Below are positions 47,986 to 59,494 of a stretch of DNA of 64,000 nt, piece by piece. A program made the position numbers and the translations under genes. Under the pieces are notes generated by a model. The model made no database searches, was not told the DNA's origin, and worked only from the letters and a program-made list of their open reading frames with translations. The DNA comes from Minutocellus sp. GHC0000111 (Eukaryota), in contig OZ361260.1 in the NCBI GenBank assembly GCA_977018835.1, positions 620,001 to 684,000 on the forward strand, read 5' to 3'. The number at the start of each line of letters is the position of its first letter. Position 1 is the stretch's first letter.

Positions 47986-48993
47986 TCATCTCTTCGCAAC
48001 GGACCGTTTGCTCTTTCGTCGGACGGACGAAAAGTCGCAATCCTCCGGCCGAGGCCCCCTTCGCTTCGTCGATCCCTTCATGGCATCGTCGATGGCCCAT
48101 TGGCTGGCATTTTGCTTGTAGGAGACAATGACCGCCTCGGGATCCACTTCGATGTCTTCGTGGTCACTATCTACGGTAACTTCGTCGGAGGGGGCGGATT
48201 CCACCTCGGCATCGTCGATTGGTGATCGCCTGGTTGTCGACTTCTTCTTCTCCTCTGCCTTTACGAGCGTGGTCATGGTAGTATTTGCAGTCGAAGCAGC
48301 CTTTGCATCGTCGTCTCCAAGTAGAGTGGCGGCGGCACCGGCGACAATGGCGGTGGGATCGAGGTCCCATACGGACTTTTTCGTCTCTCCGTCAGTCGAG
48401 TTGGACGACAGGACGCTGGTGAGGGCGTTGACCCCCTCGGGCATGACGAGGTCCGACGCCATCTGGAGGACGGAGGTGGGGATCTTCCCAGATACAAAGG
48501 GAAGGACGAGGCTGTAGGCCGGTGCGGCGTCGCCCTTGGTCACGAGCTCGTCGCTGTCGGTGTTCTTCGCGCTGGTGGGTTTGCCCGGTGGCGGCGGTGG
48601 GATGTCCTCGTCGTCGTCAGAATCGTCGTCGTGGTCGTCACTATTACTGTTGTCAGCGGCGACCTTTTCCCCCTCCTCTGCTACTATTTGGTTTTCGCTG
48701 GAGTTATTTTGGGACGATGCGTCTTGGCTGTCCTTGCTGGTCGCTTCGCTGAGCTCGGCAGTGGGAGACAAAGCCAGGCCGCCATTGGGCACCTCGACGT
48801 TGCCGTCGGTCTGGATCTGCAGCAGAGGCTTCCGGTCGGTGGTGACGGTAGATGCGTCGGAGGTCACGACGGTACTGGCATCTGCGCCCTTTCCATCGGC
48901 GTGCTTGAGGGTGTCGTAAGCTGCTAGCCCATTTCCATTCTGACCCGCCACGACGACGCCGGCGGCAGCGGCGGAGCTCTTGCAGTTACCCAT
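47986..48993 (-). CDS. N-myristoylated/palmitoylated (MGNC) acidic, largely disordered protein
   Basis: 335-aa ORF with MGNCKS start and low-complexity D/S/A composition. Confidence 0.7.
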   Translation of the reverse strand: MGNCKSSAAAAGVVVAGQNGNGLAAYDTLKHADGKGADASTVVTSDASTVTTDRKPLLQIQTDGNVEVPNGGLALSPTAELSEATSKDSQDASSQNNSSENQIVAEEGEKVAADNSNSDDHDDDSDDDEDIPPPPPGKPTSAKNTDSDELVTKGDAAPAYSLVLPFVSGKIPTSVLQMASDLVMPEGVNALTSVLSSNSTDGETKKSVWDLDPTAIVAGAAATLLGDDDAKAASTANTTMTTLVKAEEKKKSTTRRSPIDDAEVESAPSDEVTVDSDHEDIEVDPEAVIVSYKQNASQWAIDDAMKGSTKRRGPRPEDCDFSSVRRKSKRSVAKR

Positions 48994-49449
48994 GATGCCT
49001 TTGGTGTATTGATTGTCTGGTGCTACTTTTCTTTCTCCCCAATGCTTTGATCGATCGACGTTCAGCCAAGATAAGATTGCTCGTGCCTTTTCCTTGAAAC
49101 GAGAAGGCGGGCAGGCTCAAATAAATGTTCGAACAAAGCAAAGTGCTACTAGTAAGCAAGATGGATAGATGATGATGATCTGGTTCGTCGAGCGCTCAAA
49201 CAAACGAGACGCAAGCAGATCCTCTGTATCCCATCGCCAAGAGGATGATTCTCGTCCTCGCCGATTTTTCCGCGTTATCACTCCTCTACTTTCAATGTTG
49301 AGTCAAACGTAGGGTACTATTTTCTTTTCAGGAGTGTTAATAGACTTGTTCGACTCGATGAGACGACTTACTCGACTCGACTCGCTCTCGAAAGTCGTTT
49401 GCATGGCACTGCTGGATCGCCAATCTCATTCCACGACGAACCAGCCAAG

Positions 49450-51563
49450 ATGACGGATCAAGGACCTCCCACGTCCAAGCGGAAGCTGGACTTCCTCTCC
49501 AGCCCCCCGCGGACTCCATCCCTCGCCAAGGCTGCCGCCGCCACTGCTGCTGCCAATGGTGCCGCTACTTCCACGGCCACCGCTGCTTCCACTTCCACCA
49601 CCGTCCGACGCAATCTCCTCGACGTCTCGGGCGCCCGGGAGCGGAGCAGCCGGGACGAGATCCACGGCAACATCTCCATGGAACCGGCGCTGACGGCCAT
49701 CATCGACACGCCGTACTTCCAGCGACTTCGTCAGGTCCGACAGCTCGGGGCGACTCACTGGGTAAGTCAAGTGAAGTTAATTTGTTTGAGTTGAAACTTT
49801 CTTCTAAGATGAAAAGATTTTTTTCTGCTGGCAGAACGAATGATCTGAACGACTTGACTTCCATCCATCCCTTCACACTAGGTCTACATGAACGCCACGC
49901 ACACGCGGTACGAGCATTCGTTCGGGGTGGCACATCTGGCTCAAAAGTCGGTCGAATCCCTTCGGACCAAGCAGCCCGCCCTCCAGATTACGGCCAAGGA
50001 GGTATTGCTCGTCAAGATGGCCGGTCTGACACACGACATGGGCCACGGTCCACTGTCGCATGCCTTTGAGTTTGTTTTGAGTACCATGGGCGTCGATGCC
50101 CGTCATGAAGAGCTGTCGCTCAAGCTGATCGATGCGGCTCTGGCCTCGCGGGGTTTGGCGGTCGATATGACCCGGCTGGATGAACCGTTGATGGAGATTG
50201 ATCCATCGTCCAAGCCAAGCGGCAGCAGCAGAGCAGCGGGAGGGGTGGCCATCCACGCCAACACCTTTGGGTACATTGACGATCGGTTCCAGGAGGAGCA
50301 TGTTCTGTCTACAGATCATGTCATCACCTCCCGTGATATCGTGTTTGTCAAGGACAAGGAGTGCATCCTCGGCGAGCCCCTCCCCGGTCTGCAGGACTTC
50401 ATCGGCCGTCCCATTGAGAAGGAATTTCTGTACGACGTCGTCAACAACCGCCACAGCGGCAAGGATGTCGACAAGGACGACTACTACGTCCGAGATGCCG
50501 CACGGGCCGGCAGTTGTGAGGCAAAGATGGACATGCTCCTGATTGAAAGTGCACGCGTGACCAAGATCCAATGCCAGGTTGCCAATTGCTTCCGGTGTCA
50601 GCAGCGCCGGCTTCGGCAGCATGAACGAACCGTACTTGGCAATGGCAGCAACAGCAACAGTGTAGAGTCTGGTTTGGAACCAGGCACGCACTTGAGCCTT
50701 GCGTACCCCAAGAAATATGCCACCACGGTGATCAAATTCTTTGACAGGAGACAAGAGCTGCATCAGACTATCTATACGCACAAAACGGCCAAATCGATCG
50801 AATACATGCTGTGCGATGTGCTGATGAAGGCCGAGCCCACCTTTCGCATTCATCTGCCCAACGGACAGGCCTTGAGCATATCCCAGGCGGCACAGAATCC
50901 AGAGGCATTCCTCAAGCTTACTGATCGTATCCTTGATCGCATCGAGGATAGCGATGCACCAGACTTGGAGGAGGCCAAGGACCTGTTGGAGCGAATCAAG
51001 TACCGCGATCTGTACAGCTGCATCGTTAGCTGTCGGCTGAACGAGGATTCCAACGGCGAGATATGGGGAATGACAGATGAAGAAATTCACGACGAAATGA
51101 TGGATTTCGTTCACAGTGCCGGCGATCAGGAGGACAATTCCTTTGTTGTCATGGATGACGACGAAGATGATGACGACCAAGATGGTGATGAAAGTGCCAA
51201 CGACGCGCTTATCGGCAATATGTTGAACGAGGACGATTTCATTGTCGAAGTGAGAAAAATTCACAAGGGAAAGAAGAAGGAGAACCCGGTCAATTACGTG
51301 CCGTTTTTGACACGCATCAGGATGAGCGGCAGCTACGGAACGGCGCATTTAGCCTGCCGATGGCGGTTCAAATCAAGGAGGAGGAATATGCCACTCGCAA
51401 TACCATGGCATATCTTGACAAGACCGTGCGAATCTTCTGCCGAGCATCGACAATAGATGCCGACTACGAAGACAAGAAGAAGGCAATCTCCGCATGCTTC
51501 AAAAAGTGGTTCGCGAGCAAGGGCGGCAGTGAAAATTACGGCCCATCTCTGAGTCAGTGCTGA
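49450..51563 (+). CDS. SAMHD1-like HD-domain dNTP triphosphohydrolase (intron 49762-49881; frameshift ~51310-51350)
   Basis: DEIHG, IIDTPYFQRLRQVRQLG, HTRYEHSFGV, HDMGHGPLSH, DVDKDDY, LHQTIYTHK; the C-terminal TVRIFCR lies in another frame. Confidence 0.9.
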
Positions 51564-51638
51564 ATCAAATACATTTCATTCGCTATGCTTTGCTAAAACA
51601 AGTTATGGTAGTTATATCTATGATGCATCTACAATAGC

Positions 51639-54499
51639 TTAAACTTGACTTGAATCCGATGTGTGGCACTCGTCTTCGGCATGTGCAGAGAGTGCATTCG
51701 GATCAAATGAGAACATTCCCTCGAGCGAGCTGGCCATCTTCCTACGGCCCCGTGACCTACCGACAGAAGATGTGCTTCCTGTACTGTTTGGGGGTAGCGA
51801 CCCAATGGTCTCAGCTAAATGAGGAGGAAGTGTCTCGCAGCACATCTCGGCGAGGTTGGACACACTCTTCTTGCGATCGTGAAGTCTTCCGCTCCGTCTC
51901 TTTGCGACATCAATCTTCTTTTGCATCTCATCCTGCGCTTGCTGGACCATTGAACGGACTGAATCGGAAGATGCTGCTGCGTTTTGACTATGTCGCATAA
52001 TGAGACCCGCTCGATACAAATTGTTGCTGGACACATTCTTCCCAGTGTCTCTATTCAAGGCTTGGTTCAATTTCTTCGCCGTTCTCTTCATCTGTTCCTC
52101 CTCAAATCGCCGAGTAGCTTCCAACACTGCCAGTCTTGATTGGCGGTGTGCCCGGTACAGCATTCTATTAACAACAAGTGGCGTTGCCTCCTCATCCTTG
52201 AGGGCCTTGGCCACCGGCTGAGCACCGGGGCTTGTGATGTCACTCTCGGGCAAAGTAACTGCCCGGCTAGCGTCCTGTTCCACCATATCGAGAATTGGCG
52301 GCATTTCGTCGGTATTAATGCTCCTGGACGGGCGCCGTTCTTGTCTCTGTCCCTTCATGAGTAGGACAAACTCCTTCTTTGATACACGGCGGCACTTGTC
52401 GAAACTCTTGTCTTTGAAGACATCTTGCCACATTTCGCGGATGCGTCCCTCGTCTTCATCCACATAACCACCCATCAATTCAATTATATTTTCCACCTCG
52501 ATATAGCCCCTATTTTCGGTATCGAGTCGCTGAAAGGCAAGCTCGAGATTTCGGTCGTCAATTTCAACCTGGCTGAGTGCGGCCGCAATGAACTGTGGCG
52601 TGGAAGAAAATGAATTCATTTTGAGATGAAGATCAGATACTGTGAGCATTTTACATGCAAAAGTGACTACAGACATTTTGCATGATGATGTTACGATACT
52701 CACCTCGTGCCAATGGATACGCATCTCTGTCTTCCGAACGCGCATGGCCTCGAAGATATCTTCAACTTCCTCCTCCGTGAGAGAGCCTAGTGATCCCGCT
52801 CCAGCATTATTCATCAAGGCTCGCTTCAACGCCCCAAGAGAGATCTCACCGCGGCCTTCGGGATCAAGCAGCTCAAACTGCTTCCTCAATTCTTCAAGTT
52901 GGCCAGGAAGTAGGGTGAAACTTAGCACTTCGCATAACAGCTTCGTCATATCTTCCTTCTCTTTGAAACCGACCAAAGCTTGCACAACGCCAGCACTGAG
53001 CTCCTTGGCCTCGGCGTCGTTGTCCGCATTGGCCCATTTGGTAAGCCATTCCGACTTCTGCAGATCCTTCACAGTCGGCCGCTTAATGGGATCCGTCACC
53101 AACAGCGACTGAATAAAGTCGATTGCCTCCTGGCTCACATTCTCCCAAATATAGTCCGGCTCAAACACATAGTTGGCCGACAAAATCGCCGCCCGAGTCT
53201 GCATCGGCGAGATATCCTCCTCGCCGGCACCACCAAAGGGAGTTTCACCACTGAGCAGAAGGTACGTAATAACGCCAATCGACCACTCATCGGCCCTTTC
53301 GTTGTACTTGCCCCTGATGACCTCTGGTGCACATGTGTACGCTGAGCCCACGGCCTCATCCTGCACATCTCCGAGGGCAAAATGCTTGCTGAGGCCAAAG
53401 TCAATCATTCGCAATTCGCTATCGGCACTCATGCTCGAGAACATGAAATTCTCCAACTTCAAATCGCGGTGGATGATGCCCCGATCGTGGATGTAGCGGA
53501 CGGCATCGACAATCTGCTTGATCAGCCGCGCGCACTTGGCCTCGGTGTAGTGCACATCCTCCTGTGCATCGAGCCGGTCGAACAGGTCTCCTCCCAGGCA
53601 CAATTCCTGAACAAGATAGATCGCAGTCGGACTTTCGTACACCTCCTCGAGCCGAACGACGTTAGGATGGTCCAGTTGGCACATGATGGCAATCTATGCA
53701 AATGCAAGGTGGTTCAGATGTGAAAGAGGAATAATGCGGTGAGAAAACCTGTGGGCATTGGCAGATACGTGCAAACAAGAACAAACTCGATATTGAATTG
53801 AAATAAACTCACCTCCTCCCTGAGCTGCTGCAATTCGGCCTCGGTCTTGATCTTGCCCAGGTCGAGGTTCTTCACGGCGTACTCGTGCTTGGTCTTTTTG
53901 TGGGTTACCTTGCGGACGACGCCGGTGATGCCGGTGCCAAGCTCGGGACCGTCGTGCACACCGTCGTAGACCGATTCGATCGGTTTGCCCAGCTGCGTTT
54001 CGATGGGCACTAGAACCTTGTGCTCGGACTTGTCGAACTCGACGATGGACTTGGAACGGCGGAGGGTGGGCTTGGGCGGGCCGTTGGTGGTAGTGGAAAT
54101 GAGGGGGGTGGGACTTGCGGCGGTGGCAGAGGCGGGCCTGGGAGGCAATGCTGGTGGTGGTGGTGGTGCTGCTGCCGCAGATTCGCCAGATGCGGCCCGG
54201 TTTGCAATTTCCATGGCCGAGCCAACACCGGTAACGGCAATGCCACCAGCATTGGGCGAGGTAGCTGCCAATTGCGGGAGATTCTCCGCGCTGTTGTGCG
54301 CACTGCTGCCAATGGTGGGTGCATCACTTGCATCACCTCCTCCTCCTGTCGCCGGTCGTGCATTTTCCTCCGGTACCGCATTGGTCGTTTTCGCCGCCGG
54401 TGGACTTTGAGGTTTTGGCACTTCCTTGGCCGCCTTGCCGCCATCGACGGAGGCCTTGCTCTTGTCCTTCTTCTTCTTGAACGCCTTGAGGAATCCCAT
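51639..54499 (-). CDS. Calcium-dependent protein kinase (kinase + EF-hands); introns 53694-53812 and 52593-52703
   Basis: LGTGITGVV, YAVK, HRDLKLEN, DFG, APE; EF-hand-like DPEGRGEIS and DTENRGYIE; MG start. Confidence 0.92.
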
Positions 54500-54932
54500 C
54501 GCTTTGTTGGTTTGTGAGCTTTGTCTTTTGGTTTGTATTCTTTTTTTCTTACCTCCAGTCAAACGAAAACTGGTGGTGCTCACCAGGTAAATCGTGGCTT
54601 TGTTGCTCCTGCCCGCGGCCATTTTTGCTGGTGCACAGCACCAAGACGCCGCACAAAGTCGGTCCATTCATGCGCTGCGTCATAATCTCCGGGTTTCCCC
54701 TATTCTTCCGGGTGTCTTACCAACCCCTCGACGAGGTGAGGCAGATGGGCTTTCGAGGAAGCATGTTACGCACATTTGAAGAACAGTAACGCATGTAACA
54801 TAGATTAAATACATGTAGGAAGGTTTTATATCCATTTACATGTAGTTCTAATACGTACATGTGTTTAGTTTGCCATGTCAAAGTCAAAAAATCACGTTAA
54901 AACACACCTTGTTTTTACAGCAGTCTCATCAC

Positions 54933-56742
54933 CTAATCACTGTCTTCTCCAGATTCAGCAGCATTTGAAGCAGACAAAGCCTTCCGATAATCATCTTTGA
55001 TCTTCTGCTTCTTGCTAGTTTGTACCCTTGTCCTTTTTTTTGGCTTTCGCTTTCTCTCAACTGAAGCATCCTGGACGTCTCGGTTTGAGCTCCGGTGGAC
55101 TGACTTCATTTGGGCGGACTGCTTGGACTTAAACGATCGCATTGCCTGCGTCCTCCGATCCTCCTTTACACCTACTTGATGTTCATGCTCAACATATGAC
55201 TCATCTAACCAGCGCTCTCCACCATATCCCTCCTCTATCAACCAGTAGTGGTGGTCATGGACGTGGTCTTCTTGAAGAGTCCACTTCGGGGTCACACTCA
55301 TTTCAAGCTTCCTCACCAATTTCAATGCCCCCTCATTCAAGTCTTTCAGTTCTTGTAATGCCCTTTTAGTTTCTTCATCATTTACATCGTAGTACCATTC
55401 CATCAGGTTAGCATTGATGGCATCGATTGTCTGCAATAGCTCAACACACTCCTTGCAGAAAGCATCGATGTCGTCATCGCTCATCACGCGTTCGGGACCT
55501 TCAGGCCGATTCGCGGCCTCGTCAGCAGCTTCGCACATCTCTTTTTCATACCGACGCCAAAGATATGTACCAATGCTTCTGGCTGCATGAGTTTTGTCCT
55601 CCTCCTTACCTCCAGCCACCTGAAGCAATAATTCTTCGATGTTGCCCAAATCCTTGGTCTTCCTCCGAAAAAGTTTATCACCTGCCGCCGGGTTGGTATA
55701 GTCAACCTTCGGTACAAGAACCAACTCTCCCTTCCAACATGTCTTGTGGTGGCTAAAGGATATAGAAGTTGGCTTCTTTTTCCCTTCATTTTTAGCAAAC
55801 ATACTATTTGCCCGCCATATCTCTCCAATAATCTTCTTCATTTTGTCTCGATCACCCTCCTTTTCATTATTTGGGTCAATACCAAATCTTTTCAGAAGGT
55901 GAAATTCGACGGGGCCTTCTTTTTCGTCCGTGATGCGATGTTCCTCCTCATACTGCTCCAGGAATTCTTTCTCAGCTTCATCATCAAGGGCACTATCAAT
56001 ATGCTCATCGTCAGCTGGATTATAATCTTCATCATCGGTGTCATCTTCCAATACAAGCTGCATCGGTCATCGTTGAGGACTCTTCGTCATTGGCGTCATC
56101 GCTATCATCATTGTAACGAGCACAAGCCTCGTCAGAACCGATGGCTGCTGCAAACTTTTTCCCCTGTTCCAGTGTTGATTTATTTGCTTGCCAATGTAGC
56201 AGTTCATACCCTCCCATGATATGCGGGGCCACGGCTTGCTGAAACTTGACACGAAGATTGAATGAGTTGCGCCGCGGAGGAGGAATCGGTGGCGTCGACG
56301 AAAATTGTTGCTCGGCCGTCATGATGTCATTTTTCCGGAATCGACTCTCGTTAGCACGCTCTGCTCTGACCGGATTCATCGTTCCAATCGACACAACGAT
56401 GGTCTTATCGTTGCCATATGTTGTCATCTTGCCGGTGTCGTCGATCTTGGCATCAGCCATGATCGATTCCCAATGCCCTTTGTTTATCGAGAGAATTTTG
56501 TCGTCGTCGCCTCCACCTGGGGCCTTTCTCAATTTCAGAACCCCGGCAGTGAGCATCATAGCGCCGAATGCCATCAGGGCCATACCAAACACATGCATCA
56601 GCGCGTCTTTGTTGTTGCCGATGATATTGTGGTAGTGGAGGTCGGTTCCTCGCAACTGGCTGACGAAGAGTCCGAGGGAGACACGAACCTCCAACCAGTC
56701 ATCTGACTTTATGCCATCCGGGCACTTGTTCATGTCGGCCAA
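54933..56742 (-). pseudogene. Internally deleted, frameshifted transposase relic, Transib/RAG1/Chapaev-like
   Basis: C-terminal SVTPKWTLQEDH...GG...DESYVEHEHQVG resembles the TxxxHxxxxH...G...E..E motif of RAG1/Transib. Basic tail; frameshift near 56064; AT-richer than host genes; no upstream catalytic Asp region visible. Confidence 0.55.
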
Positions 56743-57185
56743 AATATCCGCGAAGACACAAATAGCCCCGACAGTATGTCAAGAGCCCAAATGTGTCTCG
56801 GCGGATATTTTTCTCCTCAGAGACAGAAGATACGAGCAGCGATCTGTGGCTACCACCCTACTAGTATTACAGAACAAAAATTCATCGCTGACAACGCGGT
56901 GTTGTGCGGTACACGGTCGACGCAAAGACGTTATTTTTGGCGAGTGAAAGTAAAAAATAAACATTGTTACCAGTGACCTAGGCCTAGGGTTGCAATTTGC
57001 TGAGGCTTGTTGCTGTGGGTGGGCGAAATTCGTTGCGTTGCTCATGCTTGCAATCGTCATGTTGTCGCAACTCAATGGTGACACGTCATTCGATCAAACG
57101 AGTCATGTCGGCGAAGTTAAGACGGCGAAGTTGAATGTTGCAGGCGACCGGCCAGCTCATTTTTTACTCGTTTGTTCCCAACAAG

Positions 57186-58142
57186 ATGATGTGCCCGCCG
57201 TTGTTGCTCTTCTCCGCTCTCCTTGCGCTGTTGATAGCAGGGAGTGATGCATTCTCGGCCTCCCACTCCCCTCTCTTTGTATCTCGAAATATCATATCAA
57301 CAAGCATCAGCAGACTTGCTGCATCTTCCTCTGCATCACCAGCACCAGCACCAGCACCAACAGCCGATGATCTCAAATCACAGCTTCTCGACGCCATATC
57401 CAACCTCCGAGCCCTCCAAGAGCGGGATGGGTCTTTCTCCATAGACTTTGGAGTCAAGGGAGGTGAGATCAACGCTACGAGCCGCGCACCGCAAAAGGTG
57501 GACTACTATGCCATCAGCCGAGATGTGGGGGATGCGGCAGAGAGGGTCATGGCACTGACAAATGAGCTGGCGGCAATAAGTCCCACGGGCGTGCCCACGC
57601 AATACCTCGGCGATAAGGAAAACGGCGACCAGGCACCTCTCAATGGACCGTGGAAATTGCTGTTTACCACCGCGGCCGATGCATCGTTTAGCAAGAATTC
57701 CACCCGAGGATCGGCCGGAGTGCAAAACATTGTGGACGGGCAGCGTGGGCGCATCACCAACGTCATCGACTTTCTTCCCAAGGAGGATGGATCGGTACCA
57801 CCTCTCAAGCAGCTCAATGTCGTCATCAAGGCCAAGGCCGAGAGTGAAAAGCGGGTGGGACTGGTGTTCAAGTACGCCAAGGCGGTATTCAACAAGAAGC
57901 TCTTTGGGAGAAATTTGGCATTGTACATTCCGGTCCCCGCCCCCTTCCTCACCAGATTAATTGTGTTATTGAGCCGCATATTCAAATTCGGAAGAAAGAA
58001 GGGAACCGAGCGGAAGGTGCCCAAGGCATACTTTGATGTTGTGTATTTGGACAAGTCCCTGCGCATTCATCGCACTGGAGATGATAATTTGTTTGTACAG
58101 GGTAAGGAGGAATGGCAGGAAGCTCGGCCTCTGTTCCAATGA
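57186..58142 (+). CDS. Plastid lipid-associated protein (PAP/fibrillin family)
   Basis: Leader SDA-FS; LKSQLLDAI, LNGPWKLLFTT, FDVVYLDKSLRIHRTGDDNLFV. Confidence 0.9.
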   Translation: MMCPPLLLFSALLALLIAGSDAFSASHSPLFVSRNIISTSISRLAASSSASPAPAPAPTADDLKSQLLDAISNLRALQERDGSFSIDFGVKGGEINATSRAPQKVDYYAISRDVGDAAERVMALTNELAAISPTGVPTQYLGDKENGDQAPLNGPWKLLFTTAADASFSKNSTRGSAGVQNIVDGQRGRITNVIDFLPKEDGSVPPLKQLNVVIKAKAESEKRVGLVFKYAKAVFNKKLFGRNLALYIPVPAPFLTRLIVLLSRIFKFGRKKGTERKVPKAYFDVVYLDKSLRIHRTGDDNLFVQGKEEWQEARPLFQ

Positions 58143-58192
58143 AGCACCTATCTATAAAACATCCATTGTATCAAGTCATGTAATAACTTGGG

Positions 58193-59200
58193 TTATAATT
58201 CATCCTTTTGCTCTGATACTTCTGGTGGAACAAATCCCAAACTCATGTACCAATCAACAGCTCCATAGTAGGGCAGGTTGTAGTTCACTGTGATCTCGTC
58301 ATTCACATCCAACTCCTTTGTCTTCCAATCAGCGCCCCAAACGGACCGAATGACGAACGATCCGGCATCGCTTGCGCTGGCATCCACCAAACCTCCATTG
58401 GCGACACGTTCGTTACCGGAAAGTTCAATAAAGCCCGCCGATAATAAATCGTGATTGGCCATGTCTGCCAATGGTACGAGCCTGATACCTGTGCCTCCTT
58501 CGCTGTTTCCGGGTATTTGATTTGCTGCTGTACCACGGGAGCTTACCGTACAAAGTCCCCAAAGCAAGGCATTTGACTTTTCTCCCTTCCAATCTTTGGG
58601 CCATGCCGATTTGGCCAAGTATTCACCATAATCCGAAGCCATCCCTGTCGATACTCGGTTGGCATATGCGAGACCAGCCTCCACGTCTTCCGGCTCAACC
58701 TCTCTTGGTAACTTTCGGAAGTCACGTGCTCCTTCACTTGCCCACCCACATCCAGCCCCATCGACTGAATCGGACAATGTGTCGATGTATGCCTTGAATT
58801 TGGACTTTTTGCCCAGTCCCTTTTCGTGAGCCAGGAGCAATACGAGGAGGGCGGCATCGTCCAGCTCGTCGAGGGGAAGCGCTTGCAAGACATTTGGCGG
58901 AATGAGCGGCGTCAGCGTGGACAGAGCCAGCTGACGAGTGAGCTGATACTCAATAGGTATCTTGAACAGGACATCGTCAGTTTCGCGTCCTTTCTTTTTC
59001 TTGCTGCTTACAATGCCCAATCCTCTTGGTGCTCCGCAAGGCGCTGGGCTGAGTAGTCCGAGACGCTCATCAACGTATCCGCCGCTTTTTTCAATGGCTT
59101 TGCGCAACGCTTCGAATGCTTTGTCGGCAGCGATCACGCTTTGCGCAGCCAAACATGAGAAGAGAATGGCGGTGAGAGATAAACGGATGCTCCTGTACAT
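58193..59200 (-). CDS. SET-domain (LSMT/SETD3-like) methyltransferase with signal peptide and KDEL
   Basis: N-terminal signal peptide; RGL, TVSSR, LVPLADMANHD, EITVNY, LGFVP; ends QKDEL-stop. Confidence 0.88.
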   Translation of the reverse strand: MYRSIRLSLTAILFSCLAAQSVIAADKAFEALRKAIEKSGGYVDERLGLLSPAPCGAPRGLGIVSSKKKKGRETDDVLFKIPIEYQLTRQLALSTLTPLIPPNVLQALPLDELDDAALLVLLLAHEKGLGKKSKFKAYIDTLSDSVDGAGCGWASEGARDFRKLPREVEPEDVEAGLAYANRVSTGMASDYGEYLAKSAWPKDWKGEKSNALLWGLCTVSSRGTAANQIPGNSEGGTGIRLVPLADMANHDLLSAGFIELSGNERVANGGLVDASASDAGSFVIRSVWGADWKTKELDVNDEITVNYNLPYYGAVDWYMSLGFVPPEVSEQKDEL

Positions 59201-59494
59201 GCTGCCGTCGTACTAGAGTATGTCCCTGTTTTGCTGGTTTTGCTTGCAGGTAGGTTGCAGAGAGAGATTTCGTGCGTGTTTTACGTACGCACTGTACGTA
59301 CTCGGCATCGGTAATGTGAAAAGACACCCGGCCATGGTACCACGCACGAAACGCCGACCACAGAAAATCGCTTGAACTTGCATTTGCGCAAGTTCAAGCA
59401 CTTCCGCCGCTCCCTCCGCCGACAATTATTGTCACAATTGCTGCAGGCAGCGAATCTTTGCTGTTCGTCTTATCTTCTCGAAGGCAACTCAACC

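Noticed and set aside
49873..51348. Long antisense ORFs (491 aa here; also 23039-23989, 31327-32190 and 43050-43742)
   Set aside because: They are shadows of well-supported genes on the opposite strand, as expected from codon bias.
20330..51350. Genome-wide programmed frameshifting (Euplotes-like)
   Set aside because: The breakpoints share no motif or direction and one sits in a G9 homopolymer, so indel error is simpler.
6344..54927. Shared 12-mer TACAGCAGTCTC near 6344 and 54916 as transposon ends
   Set aside because: Same orientation, similarity does not extend, and no partner inverted repeat was found.
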